A program made the translations under genes and the position numbers. A stretch of 64,000 bases of DNA, taken from assembly GCA_950097015.1 (NCBI GenBank), contig CATNEN010000033.1, positions 3,906,001 to 3,970,000 of the forward strand, written 5' to 3'. The notes under the pieces were generated by a model. That model was not told the origin of the DNA, did not search any database, and saw only the letters and a list, made by a program, of their open reading frames with translations. Below are positions 13,288 to 24,733 of the stretch, in pieces. Origin of the DNA: Macrostomum hystrix. Its lineage: Eukaryota > Animalia > Platyhelminthes. Position 1 is the stretch's first letter. Each line of letters begins with the position of its first letter.

Positions 13288-14223
13288 TGGTACTGTCTCT
13301 GCCACTGCTGGTGCAGGTGGCGGCGGCGGCGGCAGTGGTGGCAGCGCGGGCCGCGCCTCGCTCTGCTTGCTGCTCAAGGCCGGCAGCTGGCCACCAGCTG
13401 ACGGCGCCAGCTCTTTCTCATCGTAGCGCCGATGCTCGTGGGCGTCAAAGTCACGCAAGCAGCCGCGCCAGTTGCATCCGGGGCAGTCGGGACAGCGGAC
13501 CCGCTTCCGGCCGAGCCGCTCGTTGATGTCGGGGCTGCGGGCGTATTCGCCAGGCGCTCTGCACACCGGGCAGCACTCGGCCCCGTTGCCGTCCTGGCCG
13601 CTCCACTCGTAGATGCATCCGTAGCAGAAGCGATGCCTGTTGCGGCACTCGTGACAGTCCTTCAGGATGCTAAAGCTGCGGGGAAATTTGAGACAGTGTT
13701 TGGCTTTTCAAACAACTAAACGAAGCCGCTTTAAGATGTACCTGTTAGACACGTTGAGATGTACCTGTTAGACTCGGGGAATGCACCTGTTAGACTTGGG
13801 GAGATTTACCTGTTAGACATTGGGAGAGTTACCCCAGGGTCACCTGTTAGACACAATATTCATGAATTATTAATAGGGTCATAGTTCTAAAAATTCTACA
13901 AAAAGCATCTGGGAATATGATTGCAATTGCACCCACCAAATCCGGCACTCGAACTGTTCTTTCTCAGCGTCGGACAGGTAGAAAAACATCTCTTCTGAGT
14001 ATCCGCCGGGTCGAGCCTTTTCGTCCTCGGCGTCGGCGCCTCCCCCAGGTGCGTCCTCGCCGTCTTCGGTATTATTTTCGGCCTCGCCCTCGGCCCCGTT
14101 GCGAATGGCCGACAGCAGCCGGTCCATGAAGGAGTAGATGGAGATGGCCACCATGGTCTGTTGGTCGTAAATCTGTCCGACATCGTCTGCCGAGTCTGAG
14201 CCTTGGCGACTGCTCTCCGACAT
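12223..14223 (-). CDS. RING-finger E3 ligase with TRAF/SIAH-type zinc finger, long Q/P-rich disordered region and coiled coil
   Basis: Exons (14223 or further upstream)-13937 and 13675-12223 splice in phase 2. They give FECRIC-FSILKDCHECRNRHRFCYGCIYEW...CCPVCR (RING), then VRCPDCPGCNWRGCLRDFDAHEH. The 5' exon(s) are uncertain. Confidence 0.8.
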
Positions 14224-15118
14224 TTCGCGCAAATTCCTGATCTTCGCCTTGGCCCCCTCTGTATCCGATGGTCCTTCTTGTGCTCTGCTAAAGAATATTA
14301 ATTAAACAGCTCCCGCCCGCGCCTCTGCCCTGGTCTCTCGCCTCTCTCCCTCCTCCCTGCCCTCCATGCACGGTGACAGGGCAAGGTACAAAAGCAAACT
14401 TCAATCGATAATAAAGGGCTGCACACACCCGTGCCTGCCTGCCCTGTCCCCTGGTTAGCATACCTATCGTTGCCATACCCCTGAGAAAATAGTAAGGGAG
14501 TGAGGGGGATCGCGCTGTACACTGCTAGTCTAGCAACTGACCCCTAGCATGCTCAGGACTGAATGTGCAGCCAGACACTTTCTAGCTAGCCTTTACTCTA
14601 GCCCCCCTCCTCAAAGCAGTGCAATCTGCTGACAAGGCGGATTCTAACTCGCAAATAAGTACTTGCAGTGACGATACATTTTATAAGTAAAAACTGGGAA
14701 TAAATTGATTGATTGTTTTCTCTTGTTAAGTATATTTCGTTGAACACACTCAGACTCAGACTTCTGAGCGAGGGGTCAGTAAGGCCTAGTCTAAAGCGCA
14801 ATGGAAACTGAAATTCACGACACGGTGGCTATCCCCAGTCCATGGACTGAATTTTGGTTCAATTTTGGCAGAGCACATTGAACCCACTGAACCGCAGGCA
14901 AATGAATTGGTTCCGTGAGCCATCGCAAGTGATATTACAGCAGCTCCTCCACTGCTGCCATAGAAGTTGCTCCTGGTCCATTGTTGCAATCCCAAGCAGT
15001 GATAGTTCTGCCACACAGCTCGGCGGAGTTTTTGTGCTCAAACCAAGGAAAAGATACACACGAGCCTACTCATGGGGTGAAGCTAAGTTAGTAGTAATAA
15101 ACAGACTTTTTATTCTTT

Positions 15119-15240
15119 ATTTAACAGTAGAAAGACCGCGATTTGTTTAAAATATCCTCATATTTATTTTTTTATCTCCTAGAATATTCAACCGATCGCT
15201 ATGAAAATCTAGAAAATGAGGCAAAAAAATTTTCCGTGGT
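15119..15240 (+). mobile_element. Terminus of a TTAA-starting dispersed repeat (possible piggyBac-like non-autonomous element); related copy at 21045
   Basis: Shares TTAACAGTAGAAAGACC and AATATTCAACC.ATC.C.AT.AAAAT with 21045-21180. Confidence 0.4.
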
Positions 15241-15608
15241 TTATTTACATAATTTTTCTTAATTTACTTAATTTACTACGAGCTAAAATCGGTCCTTCGG
15301 TTTGGGAGCAGCAGTGAAGAAGGCAGTGGCTATTTTAATCAGTACTATAGATACATGGTAAACCTTTGACGTTGCATGCTGATCTTCGCTAATATGTGTT
15401 ACGCGAGTTGGTTGAAAATCACTTGTTTTCTGCTATAAACCATTATTTCACGTCCCGCCATATAGCCTCTTCAGTTAGGGAACTACAAGTATTAATTTTC
15501 ATGGAGCGAATAGCCACAAAATTCTTTCGCTCTTTAAGTTTCGACGGGTCCAGAAAACAATAAGTTTCCTGATCTAAATATATTTGGCTGCGTGTGACTC
15601 TCCGCTAG

Positions 15609-15660
15609 TTGTTAAAGCCCTGAAGATGACCTGTTAGGTCGAAATGCATCCGCATAACAA
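15609..15660 (+). ncRNA. Minimal type I hammerhead ribozyme motif (Penelope-like element type), probably degenerate
   Basis: CUGAAGA-(U)-GACC/UGUUA/GGUC-GAAA-UGCA-UC: the core is present, helix II is 4 bp and helix III is palindromic (AUGCAU). Helix I is partial (UUGUUA/UAACAA, with a C-C mismatch at the 1.1-2.1 pair). Confidence 0.7.
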
Positions 15661-16384
15661 AACAAGCAACTACATGTTGGTGTTTACCTTCATTTACCTT
15701 TTAATTTTGAAGCGAGCAACACTTCTCATATGTATATATTCTATACATGTCCAACAGTAGATTTTCAAACTTCACCGGGCAAATAAGGCCCTTCAACGGT
15801 AGCACCTAGCTCAGCTCTCTAAAGTCCACCTCACCCCTTTTTAAATTGCAAAACTGCGTTGCCATGGCGTTTCATGGAATCGAAATTATTTAGCTTGGCT
15901 GTGGTCGTAGAACAACTTGTGTTTAAGCTTAGGCACTCGAGTCAGGTTGGCTAAATACACTTTAGAACTAGATCAATCTACTAAACAAATTTATTCCCTG
16001 AGGCATCAAGTAGACGATTTAATTGTTCACACCTGATTGTTCGTTCAGCACACGCGTGAGTTAGATTTCAACGTTATTTGAAACAGTCCCACAAAACTTG
16101 AAATCTTCTATCGTAGCCTCTGAATTTTGTGAGAAAACTTGGATCCCATGCAGTGTTTGCTGAAGAAATTGATATTTTTAATCAGAGCTGAGCATGGCTG
16201 TCAACGCTGCACCTGCTGCGAAAGTTTTCACGGGAGGGCAAAAAGTCGAAAATGGCTCACATTGATTAGGAAACACAGCCAGCTGAGCAAACACTCCACT
16301 GGTTCTCGCCCAGCAGCCGTCGAAGTGCAGAATTTAAGCTCAGACTCGGCACTGAAATTTAATTTCAACTCAATCCAGAGACTG

Positions 16385-18080
16385 ATGCAGCTGTCTAGCG
16401 GAGAGCAGGTCAAAGCCAGGGAAGCCTGGGCCTCCGCCCTACCCGGAGGTGACGGCGGGCCAAACGGTCCGGCCTACTCGGTCAACTCAGTTAAGATGCG
16501 CCACGCGGTTGAGCAGTGGGCTAGAACAACCAGCATGCACGGCATCGCGAAGCTCGCTGGCGAGGACGTCGAGACACCGTCAGTGATGAGGCGTTTGGTC
16601 TGGGCCTGTCTGCTTCTGTGCTCTACCGGTTTCTTTGCATACCAGGTGAGAAAAATTGCACTGCAACCCTTAGCCTAAATACGAGCTTCCATCCGAAACC
16701 GTTTGACCCTTCCAGATCAGTCAGCTAGCCATCAAGTACTCTCAATTCCCAGCGGCTACCAGGCGCTACGAGGAGGATGTCAGCAGCGTCCAGTTTCCGG
16801 CCGTCACAATCTGCCCCATCAACGGTCTGTCGAATCATCGGTCTCAGGAAAAGATGGATTCAATAGCTAAAATTGCCGGCTACATCTTCGCAGCCAGCCC
16901 AAGTGGCAGCACCGGCTCACCAGCTGCCGCCACAGGCAACATGTCCTGTGAGGAGAAGTGGCGCCTCACCTCTTCGAACGTGCCGTCTAAGGAAAACTTC
17001 TTGATGGGAAGTTTTGCTATGGGGATGAATCAACTGAACGACTCCATGCTGTCCACTGTGTCAGTCCGTCTGACCGAGATTCTGCTAGATTGCACCTACT
17101 TTGGAATGCAGTGCACACCCAAGGACTTTGTCACCTTCCGCAACGCAGCCTTCGGCTTTTGCTACACGATCAACTTTAACGGCAGCTGGACTGCCTCCAG
17201 CTACGGCCCCATGAACAGCCTGCAAATGACGCTGGCCCTCAACCAGTCAGACTATATTGCGAACGGCTATGGCGACGCCGGATTCAGAATCCTGATCCAC
17301 GAGCCCTACACTTATCCGTTTGCTGAGGCTGAAGGCTACCACCTGAGTCCGGGAAACTCACTGCAGATTGGACTTAAATTCCTGCAGGTGGATACGCTAC
17401 CGCCGCCTTACGGCGCCTGCCGCATCTACACAGACGCCGAGAATCGGCTGCTGAACTCATATGTCAACGCGTCGGTCGACTCGCCGGTCGCTTCTGTTGG
17501 CTACAGCCATCAGTCCTGCATGCGAACCTGCTTGCAGACGGTCGCGCTCGGCACATGCGGCTGCTTCCTTCCTTGCAGTTATGCCAGCAATGCCCAGCGG
17601 AACGCAATGAAGCCGTGCGAGATCCGCTCTTCCATGCTAGCCAGCGGAAACTCCACACGGAAATCCTGCTACCAGCTGGTGATGGACTCAAACGACTGCA
17701 ACCAGCGGTGCAAGTTCCCCTGCAGCCGTCGGCTGTACCGGGCCGCGATCAGCCACGGACAGTTCCCGGCGCTCTCCTATTTGGCCAGGCTGATTGAGCT
17801 GGCCACGGCCAGCGGCTACGCTGCCGACGTTGCCAGGGTCAATGCCAGCGGACTACTGATGAACTTCGCTAGGAGCAACTTTCTGCGCGTGAGCATATTC
17901 GCAGAGGAACTGAAGCTGCACCACACTGAGGACTCACCCAGCTACCAGCTGAAGGATCTGCTCAGCGACTGCGGCGGCCAGGGCGGCTTCTGGCTCGGTC
18001 TAAGCATACTCACTCTGTTTGAGATGGCCGATCTGCTATCTCAGCTCTTCGGCAGCTGCACCAGGAGTCTCGGGAAGTAA
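16385..18080 (+). CDS. DEG/ENaC (amiloride-sensitive sodium channel family) subunit
   Basis: Exons 16385-16645 and 16716-18080 (phase 0). Shows the pre-TM1 TSMHGI motif, TM1 RRLVWACLLL, FPAVTIC, FGFCYTIN, Cys-rich thumb and TM2 SDCGGQGGFWLGLSILTLFE. Confidence 0.92.
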
Positions 18081-18307
18081 ATGTTTAGGAGGTCAGGGGG
18101 ATATTTCATAAAGCTAGCATTTGCAAATTCCGACAAACCATGCCTAGAAACTTCATCAATCTCTAGGAGATTCGCAACCAGTGATCTCAAGCTTTGACCT
18201 TATCGATTCATGTCCTTAAGCGACTACTTTGGTTTAAGCCTTCTCATAAGCTTGTTTTAATAATAATAAGAAAAAAATTATTTGCAAATAAAAAATTTAC
18301 TATGTGT

Positions 18308-18470
18308 GTCTCAATTGGGTCAGATCTGCAGCCGACAGCACAACCGCAGTTATCAGCACAACTGCAGTTATCCGCAGTTAGAGGCGTCCCTCTAGTCCAT
18401 CAGCCTATGGACTAGAGGGACACCTACCTACCCTCAATTAATCGTACCCCAGCTAATGCTCAGTACCCTC
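18308..18470 (-). mobile_element. 3' fragment of the SINE family, with a hairpin
   Basis: Reverse complement TGTCGGCTGCAGATCTGACCCAATTG matches the SINE 3' end at ~38390-38420. Confidence 0.65.
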
Positions 18471-18482
18471 AATTAATATAGC

Positions 18483-19325
18483 CCTTACTGGGCTACAACC
18501 CCTTACTGGGCTACAACCCCTTACTGAACTACAACCCCTTACTGGGCTACAACCCCTTACTGGACTACGACCTCTTACTTGGCTACAACCCCTTAATGGG
18601 CTACAACCCCTTACTGGGCTGCAACCCATTACAGGGGTTCAACACCTTACTGGGCTGCAACCCATTACAGGGGTTCAACACTTTACTGGGCTGCAACCTC
18701 TTACTTGGCTACAACCCCTTAATGGGCTACAACCCCTTACTGGGCTACAACCCCTTACTGAACTACAACCACTTACTGGGCTACAACCCCTTACTGGACT
18801 ACGACCTCTTACTTGGCTACAACCCCTTACTGGGCTACAACCCCTTACTGGACTACGACCTCTTACTTGGCTACAACCCCTTACTGGGCTACAACCCCTT
18901 ACTGAACTACAACCCCTTACTGGGCTACAACCCCTTACTGGGCTACAACCCCTTACTGGACTACGACCTCTTACTTGGCTACAACCCCTTACTGGGCTAC
19001 AACCCCTTACTGAACTACAACCCCTTACTGGGCTACAACCACTTACTGGGCTACAACCCCTTACTGGACTACGACCTCTTACTTGGCTACAACCCCTTAC
19101 TGGGCTACAACCCCTTACTGAACTACAACCCCTTACTGGGCTACAACCACTTACTGGGCTACAACCCCTTACTGGACTACAACCCCTTACTGGACTACGA
19201 CCCCTTACTGGGCTACAACCCCTTACTGAACTACACCCCTTACTGGGCTACAACCCCTTACTGGACTACGACCTCTTACTTGGCTACAACCCCTTACTGG
19301 GCTGCAACCCCTTAATGGGCTGCAC
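18483..19325. repeat. 18-bp minisatellite (CTACAACCCCTTACTGGG)
   Basis: About 46 copies with recurring variant blocks. Confidence 0.96.
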
Positions 19326-20220
19326 CATGAAACCGCTGAGAACAACTACCCAGGTGTTGCTGTCATCGATATGCTACGGATTGACAGAATAAAAATGAAA
19401 TTTTGTGTGATAACTAACCGTATTAGGGTCTAGATATGCAAGCCAAGATTTTCATTTTGTTTTTTATTTTTTTTACGAGCGAAGCTGTACAGTCTCTTTT
19501 ATGGCACAAATAGCAACGAACAAGAGCTGGGGTGGATGACCATGTGGGCTACCGAGCAGTGAATGCGGCAACCCAACCGGGCCTCTATGCAATGCCAAAC
19601 ATTAATAGTTTTCACCCTCATGTGTACTGAGCACAATTAATTAATATAAGGCCTTACCACTACGTTCCTATGCAGTCGAAGATATCGAAAAAAAACTATT
19701 TGTTCCTTTATTGTTCGTAACATAACAAACTGAAATACGATTAATCGCTTTCGGTTACCACGTTGCTGCCGACGAATTTCGGCTGTTACCGGACGCGTCG
19801 AGAATCGTCATTGCAGCACTTTCAAAACCGCCTGTCTGCGTCGCCTCGTCACTGCGACCTTCGTTTGGCCAGTTCGACACGACACGACACAAGTCTGAGC
19901 GATTGTGAAGTCATTTCTCATGTAACAGAGGGTACTGTATGAACCCAGGCCCTATGTGGCACATGAATTTGGCATTATATTGGCTTAAACGCTACAATTT
20001 AGCGTGAACAGTAGTGTGTAGTGTGTTAAAACATCGCCAAAAGAGCCGCGAGCTTGCAGGTGAAATTGCTTAAACATAGAGTTTATTCTGACTTCGAGCA
20101 GATCTGAACTGTCTCATCAGCTCAGGATTTCATCCGGGCTAAGCGCCGGAAACTCTAAAAAGTTCAAAGAAGCGAGATTAGGCCTTGTAGGTCAGAGTTT
20201 GCGTCCTATCCCGGAACCCC

Positions 20221-20947
20221 TCAGCGACGGACGAAAAACTCTCCACCAATGTTGGCAAGCTGGTTGGGCAGAGCCGGGAACTTCAGCAGGTAGCACACAC
20301 CTCGGCTGAGCAGGACGGCTTGGCATTCGGTGTCGCAGCGGCTGATGCAATCAATGGCGTGCAGGGCTGGCTGGCTGCGGTAGAACGGCCCGGCCGATGA
20401 CGTCACGTTCAAGTAGAGAAGGTCAGAGAGGATGAACTCATTGCCAACTGAAAAATTAAATTTGTCTCATTTTACGCTCGTATAAATTTAGCCAGTTTGG
20501 AAGGGGTAAGGTGTTTGGAAAATAAGGCAAGCTGAACCCACTGGGACGCAGGTAGAGAAGGCGGTACACAGAGTTCCGGCTGGCTCCTCCGCAGATCTCG
20601 GTAGAGTTGCCTTTGCAGTGCATGTTGCAGCTTCTGGGATCGTCAGGTCCCTGGCTACAGCAGGTGTTGCCGCAGTAGCACTCATCTGAGTACTGCACGC
20701 CAAAGTAAGCAAAGTTGCCAATAGAGCAGATGGTGCCACACAGTCCTACTGTCATGCTGCTCAGCAGAACGCCGTTAGACGACGTGTACACCGTGTACGG
20801 GCCGATCTTGGTCCAGCCTACCAGACCGCTGAGGTCCCTCAAACCACCCTGGTTGTCAATGAAGCAGCCGAGTGGCCCGAACTCAGCTGCAAGCGAACAG
20901 CGGATGGCGAGGAAGCACACCAGAAACTGGAGGGCAGTGGCCGACAT
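20221..20947 (-). CDS. Small secreted protein: signal peptide, WSC domain and C-terminal PAN/apple-like Cys module
   Basis: Exons 20947-20542 and 20447-20221 (phase 1, donor GTGGGT). WSC motif: LGCFID...MTVGLCGTIC...YFGVQYSDECYCGN...CNMHCKGNSTEICGG..RNSVY. C-terminal DCISRCDTECQAV...GVCYL. Confidence 0.8.
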
Positions 20948-21044
20948 TGCTGAGCCGATTTCACTTCTGGTATCCACGAAAGCAGATTCGCTTATATTTA
21001 TCTCTTCTGCTGACGCTATAGGTAGCGAAGCCAACAGCCCTCCC

Positions 21045-21180
21045 TTAACAGTAGAAAGACCTCGAGGGGTATTTCAAATAGCCACATTCTTTCTGTTCCT
21101 CTTAAAATATTCAACCAATCACCATTAAAATGCAGAATAATAAGAAGTGCTAAAATTTTCCACTCTTTCCGATGAAATAA
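21045..21180 (+). mobile_element. Second copy of the TTAA-starting dispersed repeat terminus
   Basis: Similarity to 15119-15240. Confidence 0.4.
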
Positions 21181-21571
21181 CTTCCAGAATCACAGAACGT
21201 CGGCATCGTCGAGATTTTCAACGATTCCCGTCAGGGTGTCTGGCGGCAATAACGACCAATACAAGCAAACTTTTTCTGTTCTCAAGATCGCATCATGCAG
21301 CCATGTTGGCTATTGTTGTGGATAAATATTGCATTGATTCTATTATTAATAAATTTATTTTTGAACCCATGGATTCGCCATCCAGGTTTTCGAGTATGCA
21401 GAGCAATATTGGTTGTCCTTATCACCAGCGTCTTCAATAATTGCTGAATATCTCGACTATTCTGACGTCGGACGGCCTTGAAAGTTAGTTGATCGTTAAG
21501 TGGCGAAAACATTTGATCCATATGGAGGACTTTCACTAAAGTCGGACATTCGGTCTGGGAGCTACGAGTAC

Positions 21572-22590
21572 TGGTAGACCAGGTCGGGCGAATATGCAGG
21601 ATGCGTCACCAGCTGACTCGATTCTCGGCCAGAAATGCCAATGTTGCAGCAGCCGTGTGCGCACTGGCATTTTCGTGGTGCAGCAGCAGGCCACGAAGTC
21701 CGGTGCGCGGCCGGCGTCTGCGCCTCGCATCGAACACCAGCGGCAGGCACTGGTTGATATACCAGTCGGCATTGACTGTACGCCTGTCTTGGAGCGCTAC
21801 AGTCGCCAGGTTGCGAGCCTGGCTGAAGAAAGTCGCCACCATCTGCTTCCCGACGCTGCGGGCCCGCTTGACCTTCGTTGGAGTGGCATCATCGGGAAGG
21901 AGCCAAACTGTCGACTGCTGCTTGGTGTCCGGGTCGTACTGGTAGACCCAGGTCTCATCACCTGTGACAATCTCCCAGCATCGCTTCGAGGTGCCAGAGT
22001 CGAATCTTTCGAGCATGAACTCGCACTAACGCACCCTCTCCGCTTTCTGGTCCTCCGTCAGGTTGTGGGACAGCATCAGGCACATCGCTTGGAGGCTCCC
22101 AGCTTGTCGTGTAGGATGGTCGTAACCGCCGCTGATCCAATGCCAAGTGTCTCCCTGATCTCGGCAAAGGTCACTCGCCGGTCTTCGTCGATCATTCTCC
22201 GGACGGCAGCGATGTTTTCGTCTGTGACTGCGGAAGGCGTAAGCTGGACGTCCCGACCGAGGCTCGTCATCAAGGCTGCTCCGGCCCCACTTGCATTCGC
22301 TGTACCACCGAAAAAACGGTGGCACGTGAAGGGGCTTGGTCTCCAAAGGCAGCATGTAAACTATCATGGCACGAAAGTCGCGGTTTGTCAACTCTATTGG
22401 AGCGAGTACAGTTTGGTAGGGAGTATTGACTTTGAAGAGTGATTGTGAAGAATTGACAAGAGCGCAATGGCTGAAAATGTATACTCAACCATTTTTAAGG
22501 TAGTAGATTATGTACATTAAAAGGCGTGCAGCTGCGACTTAAAAGTCAGCCGTACGAGGGGCATTCAAAACTTTCGGTACGCCCCTCGTA
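21572..22590 (-). mobile_element. Mariner (DD34D-type) transposon remnant with frameshifted, 3'-truncated transposase and one terminal inverted repeat
   Basis: Fragments across frames: HTH APSRATVF.RW, LDDEPRSGRP, IDEDRRVT, IVTGDETWVYQYDP, LLHHENASAH (second Asp changed to Glu) and HPAYSPDL; the sequence breaks off before the third Asp. A mariner-type end (...GCCCCTCG-TA) lies at 22581-22590. Confidence 0.92.
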
Positions 22591-23757
22591 TCTTGAAGTA
22601 GGCAGTGGGTATTTGAAGTACTTCAAAATGAAGCCGTCCTCTTTAAAGCCCTACTCTTGAGTAGACTTTGCTTCTGCTTGCTCGGTTCCAAGTCTTTCAC
22701 ACCCTATGTGTGCAGTAACCAGATAGCTACACAAAAGGTATGACTATTATAACATATCAAAGTGGGGTTCGTCCTGAGATTATTTTAGCCTGTATAGTCG
22801 GCAACTTTTTATGCCTCGCCGACCAAAAAGAGAATCTAAAAGACGATAGCGGGTCGCATGGAATGAGAAAATTAGATTCCGCAGAAAAATACAATGCGGT
22901 AGAGATGAGACGCATGAGATGAGAACGGGCAGAGTAGATGTCGGAATGGGGACAGATTTTGGAGGTTGTGGAACGGACAAGCTGGAGTATTTTTAGGAAG
23001 GAGGAACATTATCAGCGCTTCTGAGCAATCATGCTTTTTGCTTTTCTGATGAATTGCGAGAACGCTTAAACTGGAGCTGTCAAAACAAAAGAGGAATTTC
23101 CGCTTTGTGAGCTTTAATATGAGCCGTCTCGATGGCTCGACGGTGTGATGCTTGTCTTAGCTTAATTCATCAAAGCTATTCATGCCTACTCCTTTTGTGA
23201 TTTTAAATTCAATAGATAGCAAAAATTCATTCTTTCTATCTTCGCATTACATGTTTCAGAGCAAACCAGTTCTGGCCGCTTGCTGTTCCTTGCTGTTTAA
23301 AATGCACTAGATTTAATATTTAATTCGGAAGTTAACTATATGCATTATCAGTGATCGGCACCGCCGCTATATAGCGTTTCCGCTATCAAATTAAAAAAAA
23401 AGTTAGCGCCACTATGTAGCGGCAGCTATTTTAGTTTCAAAATTAGCGAATTTAGCGCCGCTAAATATGAAGTTCGCTAAAATTCAAAATAATAATAAAA
23501 CGCAAATTACTTAAAAATTATTAATTCATGGTTATGAAAATATGATTAGATTAGATTATAAATGTTGGCGATTAGCACGCAACAAAATCTGCCGAGCCAG
23601 ATCAGACGAGCCCGTTTGGCCCGAAGTACGTCATTACGTACGTAGAAAAATCTACGTAAATCTACTCTCGACAGCAGCACTTGACGGCATGGCGGTGTTA
23701 AACCACACAAATAGGTCAGCGAGGGCCGGCTCAGAATTAAACGTGGAATCCGAAAAT

Positions 23758-24305
23758 AAAGCACAGCTCACTGGATAAAGCACAGCTCACTGGATAAAGC
23801 ACAGCTCACTAGATAAAGCACAGCTCACTGGATAAAGCACAGCTCACTGGATAAAGCACAGCTCACTGGATAAGGCACAGCTCACTGGATAAAGCACAGC
23901 TCACTGGATAAAGCACAGCTCACTGGATAAAGCACAGCTCACTAGATAAGGCACAGCTCACTGGATAAAGCACAGCTCACTGGATAAGGCACAGCTCACT
24001 GGATAAAGCACAGCTCACTGGATAAAGCACAGCTCACTGGATAAAGCACAGCTCACTAGATAAAGCACAGCTCACTAGATAAGGCACAGCTCACTGGATA
24101 AAGCACAGCTCACTGGATAAGGCACAGCTCACTGGATAAAGCACAGCTCACTGGATAAAGCACAGCTCACTGGATAAAGCACAGCTCACTAGATAAAGCA
24201 CAGCTCACTGGATAAAGCACAGCTCACTGGATAAAGCACAGCTCACTGGATAAGGCACAGCTCACTGGATAAAGCACAGCTCACTAGATAAGGCACAGCT
24301 CACTA
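23758..24305. repeat. 19-bp minisatellite (GCACAGCTCACTGGATAAA)
   Basis: About 29 copies. Confidence 0.96.
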
Positions 24306-24496
24306 TATAAAACAGTTTTGCAGTTTCTTTTGCAGATAATTTTTTCTGAAACAAATTTCAGCAGCAAAACTCCAGATTTCTACTTAAAGTAGTTAAATGA
24401 GTATAAAAAATTATCCATTTTTAGCAGCTTTCGCTTGCATTTGAAGTGTTTTTTGTTAGAATGTTGTTGGTGCTTATTTTTAGCTCAAACTCAGCA

Positions 24497-24733
24497 CAGC
24501 TTGATAAAACCTGCCTAATTTGGATTGAACAATGCTGTAAACACCCAAAGCATGGATTTGATAAAACCTGCCTAATTTGGATTGAACAATGCTGTAAACA
24601 CCCAAAGCATGGATTTGATAAAACCTGCCTAATTTGGATTGAACAATGCTGTAAACACCCAAAGCATGGATTTGATAAAACCTGCCTAATTTGGATTGAA
24701 CAATGCTGTAAACACCCAAAGCATGGATTTGAC
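24497..24733. repeat. 57-bp tandem repeat, 4 near-identical copies
   Basis: Unit TTGATAAAACCTGCCTAATTTGGATTGAACAATGCTGTAAACACCCAAAGCATGGAT. Confidence 0.95.

Noticed and set aside
23349-23500. CAGTGATCGGCA start with GCCGCTA/TAGCGGC motifs, like a hAT MITE end
   Set aside because: No partner TIR or 8-bp TSD was found; too weak to call.
23639-23658. TACGTAGA-AAAA-TCTACGTA hairpin
   Set aside because: Short and AT-rich, with no Helitron CTRR end or other supporting context.
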